Position numbers and translations under genes: made by a program
The notes under the pieces: generated by a model
The model's input: the letters and a program-made list of their open reading frames with translations, nothing else
Told to the model about the DNA's origin: nothing
The model's database searches: none
Shown: positions 36,569 to 45,947 of the stretch, one piece after another
Position numbering within the stretch: the stretch's first letter is position 1
How the letters are laid out: each line of letters begins with the position of its first letter
Source: a virus
Strand: one strand, 5' to 3'
Virus record (IMG/VR): IMGVR_UViG_3300043411_002995
Coordinates: 1 to 64,000 of that record
DNA: 64,000 bases

Positions 36569-37450
36569 ATGAACGCAGCGGACTACAACAAGCGCGAGCT
36601 CGAGCAGGGGCGCCTCACCTGGGCGCAACTCGCCGTCCTGTGCGAGTACGCGGACCCGGCGCGGGTGAAGACCAACGTCGCCGGCGGCGCCCTGACCTGG
36701 GCGCGCATCGCCGAGTGCGTCACCACCTTCCAGCGGAAGCGGGGGCTCAACGCCGACGGCATGGCGGGCGAGACCACCCGGGCGCGCATCAAGCTGCCGG
36801 GTGACGCGCTGCCGCCGACCACGGTGGTGCCGGTCCTCTCGATCGAGGACTGCTACAAGCCCTGGGACGGACCGGCGCTGCGCCAGCCGCGCAACCGCAA
36901 GGAGGTCATCGAGATGTTCGGCGACCCCGGGACCGTGGTCGAGAACAAGGCCTGGACCCGCGCCAACCTGGTCGAGTGCCACGAGAAGAACGGCAACCGC
37001 CTGCCGGGCGTGCCGGCGAAGTGGTGGGTCTCGGTGCATCGCGTGGTCGAGCCGTACCTGCGCGAGGCGCTGCGGCGCGTCCAGATCGTGGCCCCCGACT
37101 TCGTCATCGAGGTCCTCGGCTCCCACTGCTGGCGTCCGATCCGGGGCAAGGTCGGCAACCCGCTGTCGCTGCACAGCTGGGCGATCGCCGTCGACCTGAC
37201 CCCGAAGGTCAACCGCGGCATCGACGTGCCCAAGGGCAAGGCGCCGCAGGCGTGGACGCCGGAGTGGGACAAGCTGTTCCCGCCGGACCCGCGCCGCATC
37301 ACCCTGCCGGTGGTGAAGGCCTTCGCGAGCTGCGGCTTCGCGTGGGGCTCGGACTGGGACGAGGACGGCCTCACCACCGACGAGACCTGGCTCGACACCA
37401 TGCACCTCGAGTGGATCGCTCGCGGCAGCAGGATGGCGAACTGGGTATGA
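36569..37450 (+). CDS. Endolysin: peptidoglycan-binding domain plus M15-family zinc peptidase
   Basis: FQRKRGLNADGMAG (PG_binding_1); R.....SLHSWAIAVD and DTMHLE Zn ligands; AGGAG RBS. Confidence 0.88.
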   Translation: MNAADYNKRELEQGRLTWAQLAVLCEYADPARVKTNVAGGALTWARIAECVTTFQRKRGLNADGMAGETTRARIKLPGDALPPTTVVPVLSIEDCYKPWDGPALRQPRNRKEVIEMFGDPGTVVENKAWTRANLVECHEKNGNRLPGVPAKWWVSVHRVVEPYLREALRRVQIVAPDFVIEVLGSHCWRPIRGKVGNPLSLHSWAIAVDLTPKVNRGIDVPKGKAPQAWTPEWDKLFPPDPRRITLPVVKAFASCGFAWGSDWDEDGLTTDETWLDTMHLEWIARGSRMANWV

Positions 37451-37629
37451 GCCGGCCCCGCGGCAAGATCGTGGGTGGCTACGTCCGCCGGACGATCAGC
37501 ATCCCCAAGAAGCTGGACGACGAGCTCGAGGGCCACCTCAAGAGCCGGGACGGGGCGACGCTCTCGGCCGTCATGACCGTCGCCGCACAAGACTTCCTGC
37601 GGGCGCAGAAGCCCAAGAAGGATCGCTGA
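37447..37629 (+). CDS. CopG-like ribbon-helix-helix protein
   Basis: RRTISIPKKLDDELE...TLSAVMTVAAQDFL. Confidence 0.7.
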   Translation: MSRPRGKIVGGYVRRTISIPKKLDDELEGHLKSRDGATLSAVMTVAAQDFLRAQKPKKDR

Positions 37630-38042
37630 TGCCGCTCTACGACTACGAGTGCCCTCACGGCCACCGCTTCGAGCACTTCTCGTCCATCGCCGAGCGCGAG
37701 GCGCCGATCCCGTGCGAGGGGCAGGTCAACCAGCTCGTCATGGACGACCAGGTCGTGGACAAGTACGCCGACGGGACGGAGCCGCTCCCGGACGATCTCG
37801 CCTGGCAGGAGCTGCCGGTGATCGACGAGGCGGCCGGCCAGGAGACCGAGACGGTCAAGATCCTCGTTCGCAAGGTGCCCTGCCAGCTGCAGGCGCGGCT
37901 GATCATCGGGCAGCACAACAACCCCGGCGGCGCGATCTTCCACAACGCCGCCGCCAACCGGGACGCAGCGCGCGAAGGGCGCTACGACCCAGCGAACCCC
38001 AGCCGGCGGTTCGTCACGAAAGGACGCGGATGGCGCAAGTGA
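37629..38042 (+). CDS. FmdB-family zinc-ribbon protein
   Basis: MPLYDYECPHGHRFE N-terminus. Confidence 0.7.
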   Translation: MPLYDYECPHGHRFEHFSSIAEREAPIPCEGQVNQLVMDDQVVDKYADGTEPLPDDLAWQELPVIDEAAGQETETVKILVRKVPCQLQARLIIGQHNNPGGAIFHNAAANRDAAREGRYDPANPSRRFVTKGRGWRK

Positions 38043-38224
38043 ACGGAGTCCCGGAGCTTTCTCTCCCCAAGGTCCAGCCGGTCGTCCGCGAGACGGGCGA
38101 GGCTGTCGTAGAGCTGCGGCAGAATGGCCAGCTCGTGGGCGAGATCAACTTCACCAAGATCCTGACGACCTGGGCGCAGCAGCTCGGGCTGATCAGCCGT
38201 CCCAAGCTCAAGTCGGTGCCCTGA
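38039..38224 (+). CDS. Small hypothetical protein
   Basis: GTGA overlap (alternative ATG 38030). Confidence 0.55.
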   Translation: MNGVPELSLPKVQPVVRETGEAVVELRQNGQLVGEINFTKILTTWAQQLGLISRPKLKSVP

Positions 38225-38403
38225 TGTCGATGGAGAAGTACGGGGTCGCCGACAAGGCGGCCCAGCAGCGCCAGGAGCTCGCCCAGGTGCGGGCGAAGCT
38301 CGGCGCCGCCCGGTCGGGGGAGAAGACCGCCGCCGCCCAGGAGACCATCCTGGCGCTGGAGGCCCGGGAGCGCGAGCTCCGCCAGGCCCTGACCGACCAG
38401 TAG
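38224..38403 (+). CDS. Small coiled-coil protein with EKTA motif (59 aa, absent from ORF track)
   Basis: TGATG overlap; MSMEKYGV...GEKTAAAQE. Confidence 0.6.
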   Translation: MSMEKYGVADKAAQQRQELAQVRAKLGAARSGEKTAAAQETILALEARERELRQALTDQ

Positions 38404-38411
38404 CCTGCCCC

Positions 38412-38420
38412 GGGCACAAG
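38412..38420 (+). promoter_or_regulatory. GGGCAYAAG motif, copy 5
   Basis: Intergenic, upstream of the Sak4-like gene. Confidence 0.45.
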
Positions 38421-38506
38421 CCTTCTGGAACCCACCAACGCTCTGCACAATGCCGAGCCTTGGTCCGTGACCGCCGAGCTGAGCTCGGCAACGGAAAGGA
38501 TGACAC

Positions 38507-39685
38507 GTGGCTAAGACCGAGACCGAGACCGAGAACAACGAGAACGCCCCCCTCGACCTTGGGGGCCTGTCCTTCGCCGACGATGTGCACGTCGCCGGCG
38601 ACGCCCAGATCAGCTGGGTGAAGGCGCTGGGCTACGGCGTGTCCGGCAGCGGCAAGAGCAGCGTCATCGCGACGATGCCCGAGCCCCTGCTGGTCCTGCT
38701 GACCGAGAAGCAGGGGGAGATGTCGATCCGTCGGGTGAACCCGCGGGCGCACATCGTCTACATCGAGGAGACGGCGGTGTGCCGGTGTCACCAGCGCAAG
38801 CCGTCGAAGTGCCCGGACGGGGCACGGAAGGGCACGGAGCGGATCTCGGCGAAGGATGTCCTCTACGGGATCATCGACGAGCTCGCGACGAAGGACCACC
38901 CCTTCGTGTCGGTCGGCCTCGACTCGCTGACCGACCTGCAGAAGATCTTGCTGTCGCACATGAAGGGAGGCAAGGCGGCCGCGAAGATCTCCGTGGGTGA
39001 GTGGGGAACGCTGATCGACGAGACCCGCGACATCATCATCCGGCTGCGCAACCTCAACATGCACGTCGGGGTGGTCTGCCTCTCCGACGAGAAGCAGGAC
39101 CAGAACAACAGGGTGATGCAGCGGCCGTCGCTCGCCGGGAAGAAGCTGCCGGGCGACGTCGTGCAGTACTTCAACGTCTGCTTCTTCCAGCGCAAGGTCC
39201 GCGACGCGAACGCGATCGGCGGTGCGACCTACGAGTCGGTGTTCGACGCCGGCGACGAGTACTTCACCAAGGCCCACCCGGCGCTGGCGCCGGTCGAGCC
39301 CCCGCTCTTCCGGCTCTGGGTCGACAAGATCGCGGCGCACGCGAAGGCGAACGCCGAGGGCGACATGCCGTCGGCAAGCTCGCCCGTGTCGCCGGCCGTC
39401 CAGCCCAAGAAGAAGGAGAACTCGCTCAAGGCCCGCATCGAGCAGCCGAAGATCAAGGCGCTCTTCGACGAGCTCGAGTCCCCCGAGGCCAAGCGACTCG
39501 CCGGTGCGGAGAAGTACCGGTCCGACGAGAAGCTCATCGAGGTCCTCGAGAAGCGGGTCGCCGAGCAGCGGGCCAAGATCGAAGAGGACCGCCGCAAGGC
39601 GGCGCGCGAGGCCGGCGGCGGTGATCTGCCGACCACGGTGACCGAGCCGCCCCAGGCGCAGGCGTCGGCGGAGGTGCCGGCGTGA
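38507..39685 (+). CDS. Sak4-like (AAA_24, RecA-fold) single-strand annealing protein
   Basis: KALGYGVSGSGKSS, VGLDSLTDL, EWG, RP.L.GK, then RK; paired with a PD-(D/E)XK exonuclease. Confidence 0.8.
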   Translation: MAKTETETENNENAPLDLGGLSFADDVHVAGDAQISWVKALGYGVSGSGKSSVIATMPEPLLVLLTEKQGEMSIRRVNPRAHIVYIEETAVCRCHQRKPSKCPDGARKGTERISAKDVLYGIIDELATKDHPFVSVGLDSLTDLQKILLSHMKGGKAAAKISVGEWGTLIDETRDIIIRLRNLNMHVGVVCLSDEKQDQNNRVMQRPSLAGKKLPGDVVQYFNVCFFQRKVRDANAIGGATYESVFDAGDEYFTKAHPALAPVEPPLFRLWVDKIAAHAKANAEGDMPSASSPVSPAVQPKKKENSLKARIEQPKIKALFDELESPEAKRLAGAEKYRSDEKLIEVLEKRVAEQRAKIEEDRRKAAREAGGGDLPTTVTEPPQAQASAEVPA

Positions 39686-40845
39686 GGCGGCTGGTGATCA
39701 ACGGCCAGGAGCTGAAGATCCAGAACTCGCCGACGTTCCTCGCGAACTCGGCCTGCCCGCTCAACCTCAAGCTCCACTACGTGGACAAGATCGACGAGCG
39801 GTACGTCCGGGTGGCGGCTGAGCGCGGCAAGACCGCGCACGGGGCGATCGCCGACCTGACCAAGCACTGCCTCGACGAGAAGATGCTGGTGCAGGACCTC
39901 GAGGACGGGATGCTGACGGACGCGCTGCAGCGGCACATCTCGCCCCGGATCCTGAGCGAGACGACGGCGATCTACAGCTGGCTGCGGCTGTGGCGCGAAC
40001 GCTTCAAGCTCCCGAAGAACATCCACGGCATCGAGGAGCGGGTCGCGCTCGACGACGACTTCGACGAGTGCGACTGGAAGGAGGCGAGCTACCGCGGGAT
40101 CATCGACCTGCAGCAGGTCACCGACACCCACGCGGTCATCACGGACTGGAAGAGCCAGTTCCACATCCTCTCCCAGGCCGAGCTCGACGCGCACGAGCAG
40201 GGGACGATGTACTGCTGGCTGATGTGGAAGCAGTACCCGCACCTGCGGACCTTCACCTTCCGCATCTGGTACCTGCGGTACGGCTTCTACCACGAGACGA
40301 CGCGCACCGAGGAGGACCTCGAGGTCTTCGAGAAGACCCTGATGATCCGGGAGAAGGCGCTCGCGGCGCTCGACAACTGGGACCCGGTGCCGGGGCCCCA
40401 CTGCCAGTACTGCGACTTCATCCACCTCTGCCCGATCGCCCAGGACCTCAGCCCGGGGAACCCGGAGATCATCACCCAGGAGCAGGCGACGCTGGCGGCG
40501 CAGCGCCTGGTGGTGCTCGACGTCGTGACCAAGGGTCTCAAGGAGGGTCTCAAGAACTACGTCGACAAGAACGACAGCATCCGGCTCGGCGACAAGTTCC
40601 AGTACGGCTACCGCCACAGCTCGAGCCTGAAGTGGAAGGCGGCCGATGTGGAGCAGGCCCTGCGCGACTACGACCGCGATCTGTCCGAGGTCGCCAACGT
40701 GGACGTCAAGGCGATGAAGAAGCTGATCAAGACGCTCACGCGCGAGGAGCCCGCGCTGGCTGAGCGCCTCGAGGACCTGGCCGAGACCAAGCACCGCACC
40801 GAGTTCCGGGGGTACAAGCCTGGCGCCGAGGACGACGAGGAGTAG
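39682..40845 (+). CDS. PD-(D/E)XK (RecB/Cas4-like) exonuclease with Fe-S staple Cys
   Basis: CP...G...H, RGIID, ITDWKS, Q...Y, PGPHCQYCDFIHLCP. Confidence 0.85.
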   Translation: MRRLVINGQELKIQNSPTFLANSACPLNLKLHYVDKIDERYVRVAAERGKTAHGAIADLTKHCLDEKMLVQDLEDGMLTDALQRHISPRILSETTAIYSWLRLWRERFKLPKNIHGIEERVALDDDFDECDWKEASYRGIIDLQQVTDTHAVITDWKSQFHILSQAELDAHEQGTMYCWLMWKQYPHLRTFTFRIWYLRYGFYHETTRTEEDLEVFEKTLMIREKALAALDNWDPVPGPHCQYCDFIHLCPIAQDLSPGNPEIITQEQATLAAQRLVVLDVVTKGLKEGLKNYVDKNDSIRLGDKFQYGYRHSSSLKWKAADVEQALRDYDRDLSEVANVDVKAMKKLIKTLTREEPALAERLEDLAETKHRTEFRGYKPGAEDDEE

Positions 40846-40857
40846 TAGACTCGGGGC

Positions 40858-41313
40858 ATGTCCACCCGCAGAGAGCAGCTGTTCAGCGCCAAGAAGCCGC
40901 CGCCGGGGTCCGCCATGATCCCGGCGACGGTGCGGTTCCGCCACAACAAGAAGAAGGGGCTGATCGAGCCCCTGGGAGCCCAGGAGAAGATGCTCTGCGC
41001 CCTGCGCAAGGTCTTCGCCGACATGAGCAACAAGGACGAGCGCTGGTGCATCGTCGGCAACCAGGTGCAGATCCTCGGCGCACCGACGACCACCGAAGGC
41101 AAGCCCAAGGGGCCGCAGAGCTACCGCGCGAGCGGGCGCTGCAAGGTGGCGATCATGCGGAGCGACGGGATGACGTCCAAGCTGATCGAGTTCTCGATCA
41201 GCTACAAGGACGTCGTGGACGACCGCGGCCTGGCCGACGTCATCTACTTCGATCCGACGACGGTCGATGAGGTCCCGCGGAACTCGCCCATCGATCGCTC
41301 GATGTTCGCGTAG
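40858..41313 (+). CDS. Hypothetical protein (probably leaderless)
   Basis: TAGACT -10-like hexamer 6 nt before ATG; codon bias. Confidence 0.7.
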   Translation: MSTRREQLFSAKKPPPGSAMIPATVRFRHNKKKGLIEPLGAQEKMLCALRKVFADMSNKDERWCIVGNQVQILGAPTTTEGKPKGPQSYRASGRCKVAIMRSDGMTSKLIEFSISYKDVVDDRGLADVIYFDPTTVDEVPRNSPIDRSMFA

Positions 41314-41335
41314 CCGCGGCGCCGTCTGCGGTGGT

Positions 41336-41371
41336 GGAGAGCCCCTGGTCTCGGGGGCTCTCCTTTTTTTT
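41336..41371 (+). terminator. Intrinsic terminator
   Basis: GGAGAGCCCC-loop-GGGGCTCTCC followed by a run of T. Confidence 0.85.
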
Positions 41372-41380
41372 GGGCACAAG
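41372..41380 (+). promoter_or_regulatory. GGGCAYAAG motif, copy 6
   Basis: Immediately after the terminator, 20 nt upstream of the dnaN ATG. Confidence 0.5.
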
Positions 41381-41400
41381 GGATGAAGAAGGAGGTGTCC

Positions 41401-42831
41401 ATGGCCCAATCCACTGCGCTCGCGACCATCCCGATCCCCAAGCCGGCCGACCCGGCGGCTGTTGAGATGCCGCGCCCCCAGGCCTGGCTGTCCGTGGAGG
41501 CAACGATCCCGCACCGCGCCGTCGAGGTCGTCACCCCCGAAGAGCTGCGGCACGAAGAGCAGGTCCGCAGCAAGGTCGAGTTGCCCGACGAGTTCTTCAA
41601 GCGCGCGCCGATCATCGAGCCGCCGCTGGCACCGGGCATCACCGTGGACCTCGAGACCCTGCTCGGGTTCCTCGCGGCGATCGAGACGATCCTGCCGCCC
41701 GACACGAGCTACCCCATCCTGTCGAGCGCCAAGGTGTGGACCTCCGCCGGGCCCGACGACGAGCCCGAGCTCTACCTCGAGGCCGGCAGCCACGCGGTGT
41801 GGACGATGGTGGCGATCAGCGCCACCGCGCCGGCGCCGCGCGGGTTCAGCGCCATGATGCCGGTGCGGCGGGCGAAGAACGTCCTGCGCGCGCTGCGCGA
41901 CGACTACCCCAAGGTGACGGTCGGGGTGGACGAGCACGGCGTCTGCCTGGGGCCCAGGTCCGTGCCCTTCGGCGGCGCCCAGGAGGACTTCCCGTCGCGC
42001 CCCGTGGTGAACGAGTGGACCGCGCGCGCAGCCATGCCCGCCGCGTACTTCCGAGAGATCTGCGACCGGGTGCTGCTGGCCCGGGTCGACGACTTCTGCG
42101 AGCCGGCGCTGCAGGGCGTGCTGCTGGACTTCGAGCTCGTGGCCTCGGACGGCAAGGAGCGGGTGCTCTGCACCGCGGTCGCCACCGACGGCAAGCGCAT
42201 CCACGTGATGCGGCTGCCGCAGATGATGATCGAGATGCGGACCACCCGGCTCCGCGCCGTGCCCCCGACCTGCACCGTCTCGGCCGGGTTCTTCTGGTAC
42301 ATGCGGGAGGTGATCCAGCACGAGTGGGCCGCCATCGAGTTCAGCGAGGACCAGCTCGCCGCGCGCGGCCAGGACTTCATGGTGATCGCGCGCGCGCCGG
42401 CGGATGCCAGGACGTCGATGGGCGAGCTCGGCAACTGGCGGCGCTTCAACATCGAGGGTGAGGGGTACTGGCTGGTGGCGAGAGCGCCGCTCGAGCAGCT
42501 GGTCGCCCGCGCCACGATCGGGGGGACCTCGAGCCTCTGCCGGATCGCCATCGATGGCGTGCGGCAGACCCTGACCATCTCGTCGACCAACGACCAGGAG
42601 GCCCAGTACAGCGAGACGATCTCTGCACGCAGCGTGGGGGGCGCACCGAAGGTGAACGCCCTCTTCGACCAACGCTTCCTGCGCGACGCCATCACGGCGT
42701 CGTCCGGCGGGCTTGTGCGCTTGACGTTCGCGTCGACGCTCAAGGCCCAGCAGTCCTACCCGGTGGTGATCCGGGGCGAGGACGAGCAGTTCAAGGCCAT
42801 CATCATGCCCGTGACCGAAGGAGAGCCATGA
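41401..42831 (+). CDS. dnaN: DNA polymerase III beta sliding clamp (divergent, N-terminal extension)
   Basis: YPILS, EDFP, ALQGVLLD, AVATDGKRI, FDQRFLRDAI, PVVI...AIIMPV; AAGGAGG RBS. Confidence 0.82.
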   Translation: MAQSTALATIPIPKPADPAAVEMPRPQAWLSVEATIPHRAVEVVTPEELRHEEQVRSKVELPDEFFKRAPIIEPPLAPGITVDLETLLGFLAAIETILPPDTSYPILSSAKVWTSAGPDDEPELYLEAGSHAVWTMVAISATAPAPRGFSAMMPVRRAKNVLRALRDDYPKVTVGVDEHGVCLGPRSVPFGGAQEDFPSRPVVNEWTARAAMPAAYFREICDRVLLARVDDFCEPALQGVLLDFELVASDGKERVLCTAVATDGKRIHVMRLPQMMIEMRTTRLRAVPPTCTVSAGFFWYMREVIQHEWAAIEFSEDQLAARGQDFMVIARAPADARTSMGELGNWRRFNIEGEGYWLVARAPLEQLVARATIGGTSSLCRIAIDGVRQTLTISSTNDQEAQYSETISARSVGGAPKVNALFDQRFLRDAITASSGGLVRLTFASTLKAQQSYPVVIRGEDEQFKAIIMPVTEGEP

Positions 42832-43313
42832 CCACCGATGCCACGTGTCCCGTCTGCGACAGCCCGACGAACCGGGTCGACGTCCCCCGCCAACACCTGC
42901 GGGTCTGCAGCCTGACCAGCTGCGCCCAGATCATCCAGGTCCTGCCCGATGGGTCGCGCTCGCCCATCTCGAACATGCTCGAGATGAACGCGATCGGCGA
43001 CGACCGGGTCCGCTCGGCGATCACCACCCCCCACATCACGACCGTCCGCAGCTTCCTCGAGGTGTACGAGCAGGCCGAGCGCGCCCGGGCCCTGGCCGTG
43101 GCCCAGGCGGTCGGCGGGCTGCGCGTCGTGCTGGCCCAGCTCGAGAGCCGGATCGACTCGGCGCTCTCCGCCTTCACCGGCTACGACCTGGTCGATGACC
43201 GCGCCGGCGCCGGCCTGGCTGCGCTGCGCGAGGCCCGCGAGTTCGTGTCGGTCCTGTCGAGCCGGTCGCGGGGGCTGCCGCAGGACGAGGGCGGCGGTGC
43301 TGCGTCGGCTTGA
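42828..43313 (+). CDS. Hypothetical protein with N-terminal zinc ribbon
   Basis: CPVC...C....C; AAGGAG RBS. Confidence 0.65.
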   Translation: MTTDATCPVCDSPTNRVDVPRQHLRVCSLTSCAQIIQVLPDGSRSPISNMLEMNAIGDDRVRSAITTPHITTVRSFLEVYEQAERARALAVAQAVGGLRVVLAQLESRIDSALSAFTGYDLVDDRAGAGLAALREAREFVSVLSSRSRGLPQDEGGGAASA

Positions 43314-43947
43314 TCTGGGCCACCCGAGCGACTGCCGGCACTGCGGGCGGATGCGCGCGCTCACCCGCCAGCGTCTGGCGCTGGACAACCCGCGGACGGC
43401 CGCCGTGCAGACGTGGTGCCGGAAGTGCGGGGCGCCCGTGCTCTTGGAGGTGACGCTCGACTACGAGTTCGCCAAGCGGAACTTCTACGCGCTCGACGAT
43501 CAGCCCATGGCCCACAAGCACCTCCATGGGGAGCCGGGCGGATGGGGGGTGCACTGGCGGCTCGACGAGGTGCTGGTGACGCTGTTCCCGCTCGAGCACC
43601 TCGAGGTGTGCTGGCCGAAGCCGATCTGGTACGAGGACCACGAAGCCGAAGACCAGGCCGTCAACGTGGTCGACCCGCGCGACCTCGAGTCGATGGCGCG
43701 GCTCGTCGACGTTGAACTCAAGATGCTGCGGGAGCTGATGGATCGTCATCCGCGGACGCGCGAGGAGCTGCTGGCGATCGCGCAGCCGGTCTACGACCAA
43801 GATCAGCTCCGCGAGCGCTTCGAGATCCTCGGCTTCCGCGCGCCCTTCGTGGTGGTGCGCGAGCGCGGCAGCGGCCGCCAGGGCTCGATGATCTTCCAGA
43901 ACCACCCGCGCTTCTACTTCTCCTTCCAGACGGATCGGGTGATATGA
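43297..43947 (+). CDS. Hypothetical protein
   Basis: CRHC/CRKC; C-terminal FEILGF.APFVVV...GSM.FQ.HPRFYF motif. Confidence 0.65.
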   Translation: MLRRLDLGHPSDCRHCGRMRALTRQRLALDNPRTAAVQTWCRKCGAPVLLEVTLDYEFAKRNFYALDDQPMAHKHLHGEPGGWGVHWRLDEVLVTLFPLEHLEVCWPKPIWYEDHEAEDQAVNVVDPRDLESMARLVDVELKMLRELMDRHPRTREELLAIAQPVYDQDQLRERFEILGFRAPFVVVRERGSGRQGSMIFQNHPRFYFSFQTDRVI

Positions 43948-44141
43948 CCAAGTGCGTGCTGTGCCCCGAGGAGATCCGTCCCGGGACCAAGGCCGTGTCC
44001 ATCGCAGGAGGCATGTTCCCCAGAGAAGAACCCGATCTGTTCATGATCGACGAAGAGGTGTTGCGCGAGTCGCATGCCCACCTCGATTGCCTGCTGCGTG
44101 TGGTGAAGGCCGCCCAGCAACGAGAAAGAGACACCGGATGA
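43944..44141 (+). CDS. Small zinc-finger protein
   Basis: CVLC...HLDC. Confidence 0.6.
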   Translation: MTKCVLCPEEIRPGTKAVSIAGGMFPREEPDLFMIDEEVLRESHAHLDCLLRVVKAAQQRERDTG

Positions 44142-44695
44142 TCCCGTTCCTGATCTTCTCCCGCCTGACGTTGTTCCTGACGGCGTTCCAGCTGAGCGCG
44201 TCCATCGCGCCGCTGAAGGACGCGAAGCACCTCTCCCAGGAGGAGCGCTTCGAGTACTCGGTCTACATCGTCGAGGCCGCGCAGCAGCACAAGCTGGACC
44301 CGTACCTGGTCGCCGCCGTCATCTGGCACGAGTCCAGGTTCCAGAAGGACGTGAAGAGCCGCACGCAGGACTACGGGCTCCTGCAGGTCCACTGGCAGAA
44401 GCTCCACCCGCAGCTCGGGGAGGACTGGCTCGTCGGGCTCACGCGCGAGTCGCTGCTGGACCCGCGGACGAACATCTTCGCGGGCACGCGGGAGCTCGCG
44501 CACAACCGGCACCTCTGCCGGCGCCGGCGCCACGACCCGGGGGATCACCCTTGGTGGGCCCACCACAAGTGGGGTAACGTCGTGGGGAACCCCGCGTACG
44601 GACTGGCGATCCAGAAGCGTCACGCGACGCTGATCCGCAACCGGGGGAGGATCTCGAAACCACATCGCAGTCGGGGACCCAAGCCCACGTCGTGA
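44138..44695 (+). CDS. Lytic transglycosylase (SLT family) with N-terminal signal or anchor
   Basis: LVAAVIWHESRF, DYGLLQV, LLDPRTNIFAG; hydrophobic N-terminus. Confidence 0.85.
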   Translation: MIPFLIFSRLTLFLTAFQLSASIAPLKDAKHLSQEERFEYSVYIVEAAQQHKLDPYLVAAVIWHESRFQKDVKSRTQDYGLLQVHWQKLHPQLGEDWLVGLTRESLLDPRTNIFAGTRELAHNRHLCRRRRHDPGDHPWWAHHKWGNVVGNPAYGLAIQKRHATLIRNRGRISKPHRSRGPKPTS

Positions 44696-45150
44696 AGATC
44701 AAACGGAAGCCTAACGTCGAGGAGGTCGAGCGGATCAAGGGGCGCCCCAGTCGCCTCTTGACCGCTCGGTGCCCCGACCTGCGCTCCGTTTTCCCATCGA
44801 CGCCGTGCAAGAACCTCGTCTGCGAGTACGCCGTCCACAACTCGATCTACCTGAACTGCAGCTTCGTCGCCGCGACGGCCGAGGTCGACACCGGGCTCGC
44901 TCTCGCAGACATCGGCGCGATGATGGATCCGCCGATGACCCGCGAGGGCGTCCGGCTCATCGAGCGCGCCGCGTTGAAGAAGCTGAAGGCCGCAGGGCTC
45001 GATGGGCCGGCAGGACAAGCTGATGACCCCGCCCTACGTCAACCGCGTCCACCTGCAAGGGGTGGTGTCGTCTCACCCGATCCTGAAGGCGCTGACCGCC
45101 ACCACGAACTTCACGACGTTCGAGGTGTCGCTGGTCGAAAGCTGGGCTAA
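44692..45150 (+). CDS. Cys-motif protein with a sigma-70 region 4 HTH
   Basis: LADIGAMM...MTREGVRLIERAALKKLK; N-terminal C...PC....C...C. Confidence 0.7.
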   Translation: MKIKRKPNVEEVERIKGRPSRLLTARCPDLRSVFPSTPCKNLVCEYAVHNSIYLNCSFVAATAEVDTGLALADIGAMMDPPMTREGVRLIERAALKKLKAAGLDGPAGQADDPALRQPRPPARGGVVSPDPEGADRHHELHDVRGVAGRKLG

Positions 45151-45367
45151 CGCCGACGGCGCTCACCGCGCGCGGAAGAACCGCGTGGTGGTGGAGGTCG
45201 TCGGGCGGGACTCGGCGATGGCGCTCGCGCGTGCGCGGGTCGGAGCGTGGGTGACGATCGAGGGCTACATCCGGTCCGAGATCTTCAAGGGCGAGACGCT
45301 CATGAAGGTCAGGACGTTGACGATCGACGTCTGGGAGGAGCCTGTTGGACACCGACCATCAAGCTGA
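45023..45367 (+). CDS. ssb: Single-stranded DNA-binding protein (OB fold, no acidic tail)
   Basis: VNRVHLQG, F.V...ESW, V.V.G, G.WV.IEG.IRS. Confidence 0.75.
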   Translation: MTPPYVNRVHLQGVVSSHPILKALTATTNFTTFEVSLVESWANADGAHRARKNRVVVEVVGRDSAMALARARVGAWVTIEGYIRSEIFKGETLMKVRTLTIDVWEEPVGHRPSS

Positions 45368-45947
45368 GACCCTGGTGACGCGCACCATGAGCGCGATCCG
45401 GGAAACGATCCTCGAGTCCCTGCCGGGCGTCGAGGCCTACCTCTCGCGGGAGATGAAAGCTGGCGCCTGGGTCGCCGAGCAGGAGGCGAAGATGGCGTCG
45501 GCCCTGCGGGACAACGACCGCATCTTGACCGAGCGCGCGTTCAACACCTGGCGGAAGGCCATCGAGCGGGTCAACGAGATCTTGGCCGAGGAGTACCGCC
45601 AGGCCCATCCCGACGCGACGCTGTGGGAACTGCGGTACCTCAAGTGGATGACCAAGGTGCAGTACGTGCGCTTCGAGTCACCGCTCGGGGAGTTCTTCGT
45701 CTTGCCGCGGATGCCCCTGAAGCGGCCGAAGGCCGCGCACTGGTACACCGTCGACGAGATGATCGACATGCTGCACCCCAGCGTGTCCGCGACCATCCTC
45801 GCCTTCAGCGCCTTGCCTGTACGACCGGGGGCGGTCCCCAAGGTCGGGCCCGGTGAGAAGGTCCTGCACATCGACGCCACCGGTCCTCAGGTGGAGATGC
45901 ACTACGAGATACAAGGAGTCACGAATGGCCGAGAAAGAGTTCGTTGA
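45345..45947 (+). CDS. Hypothetical protein
   Basis: GGAGGAG RBS before TTG. Confidence 0.65.
   Translation: MDTDHQAETLVTRTMSAIRETILESLPGVEAYLSREMKAGAWVAEQEAKMASALRDNDRILTERAFNTWRKAIERVNEILAEEYRQAHPDATLWELRYLKWMTKVQYVRFESPLGEFFVLPRMPLKRPKAAHWYTVDEMIDMLHPSVSATILAFSALPVRPGAVPKVGPGEKVLHIDATGPQVEMHYEIQGVTNGRERVR

Noticed and set aside
39682-40845. Cas4-like nuclease and DinG as parts of a CRISPR-Cas (type IV) system
   Set aside because: No repeat-spacer array and no Cas5/6/7-like genes seen; the nuclease is paired with a Sak4-like annealase, as in ordinary phage recombination modules
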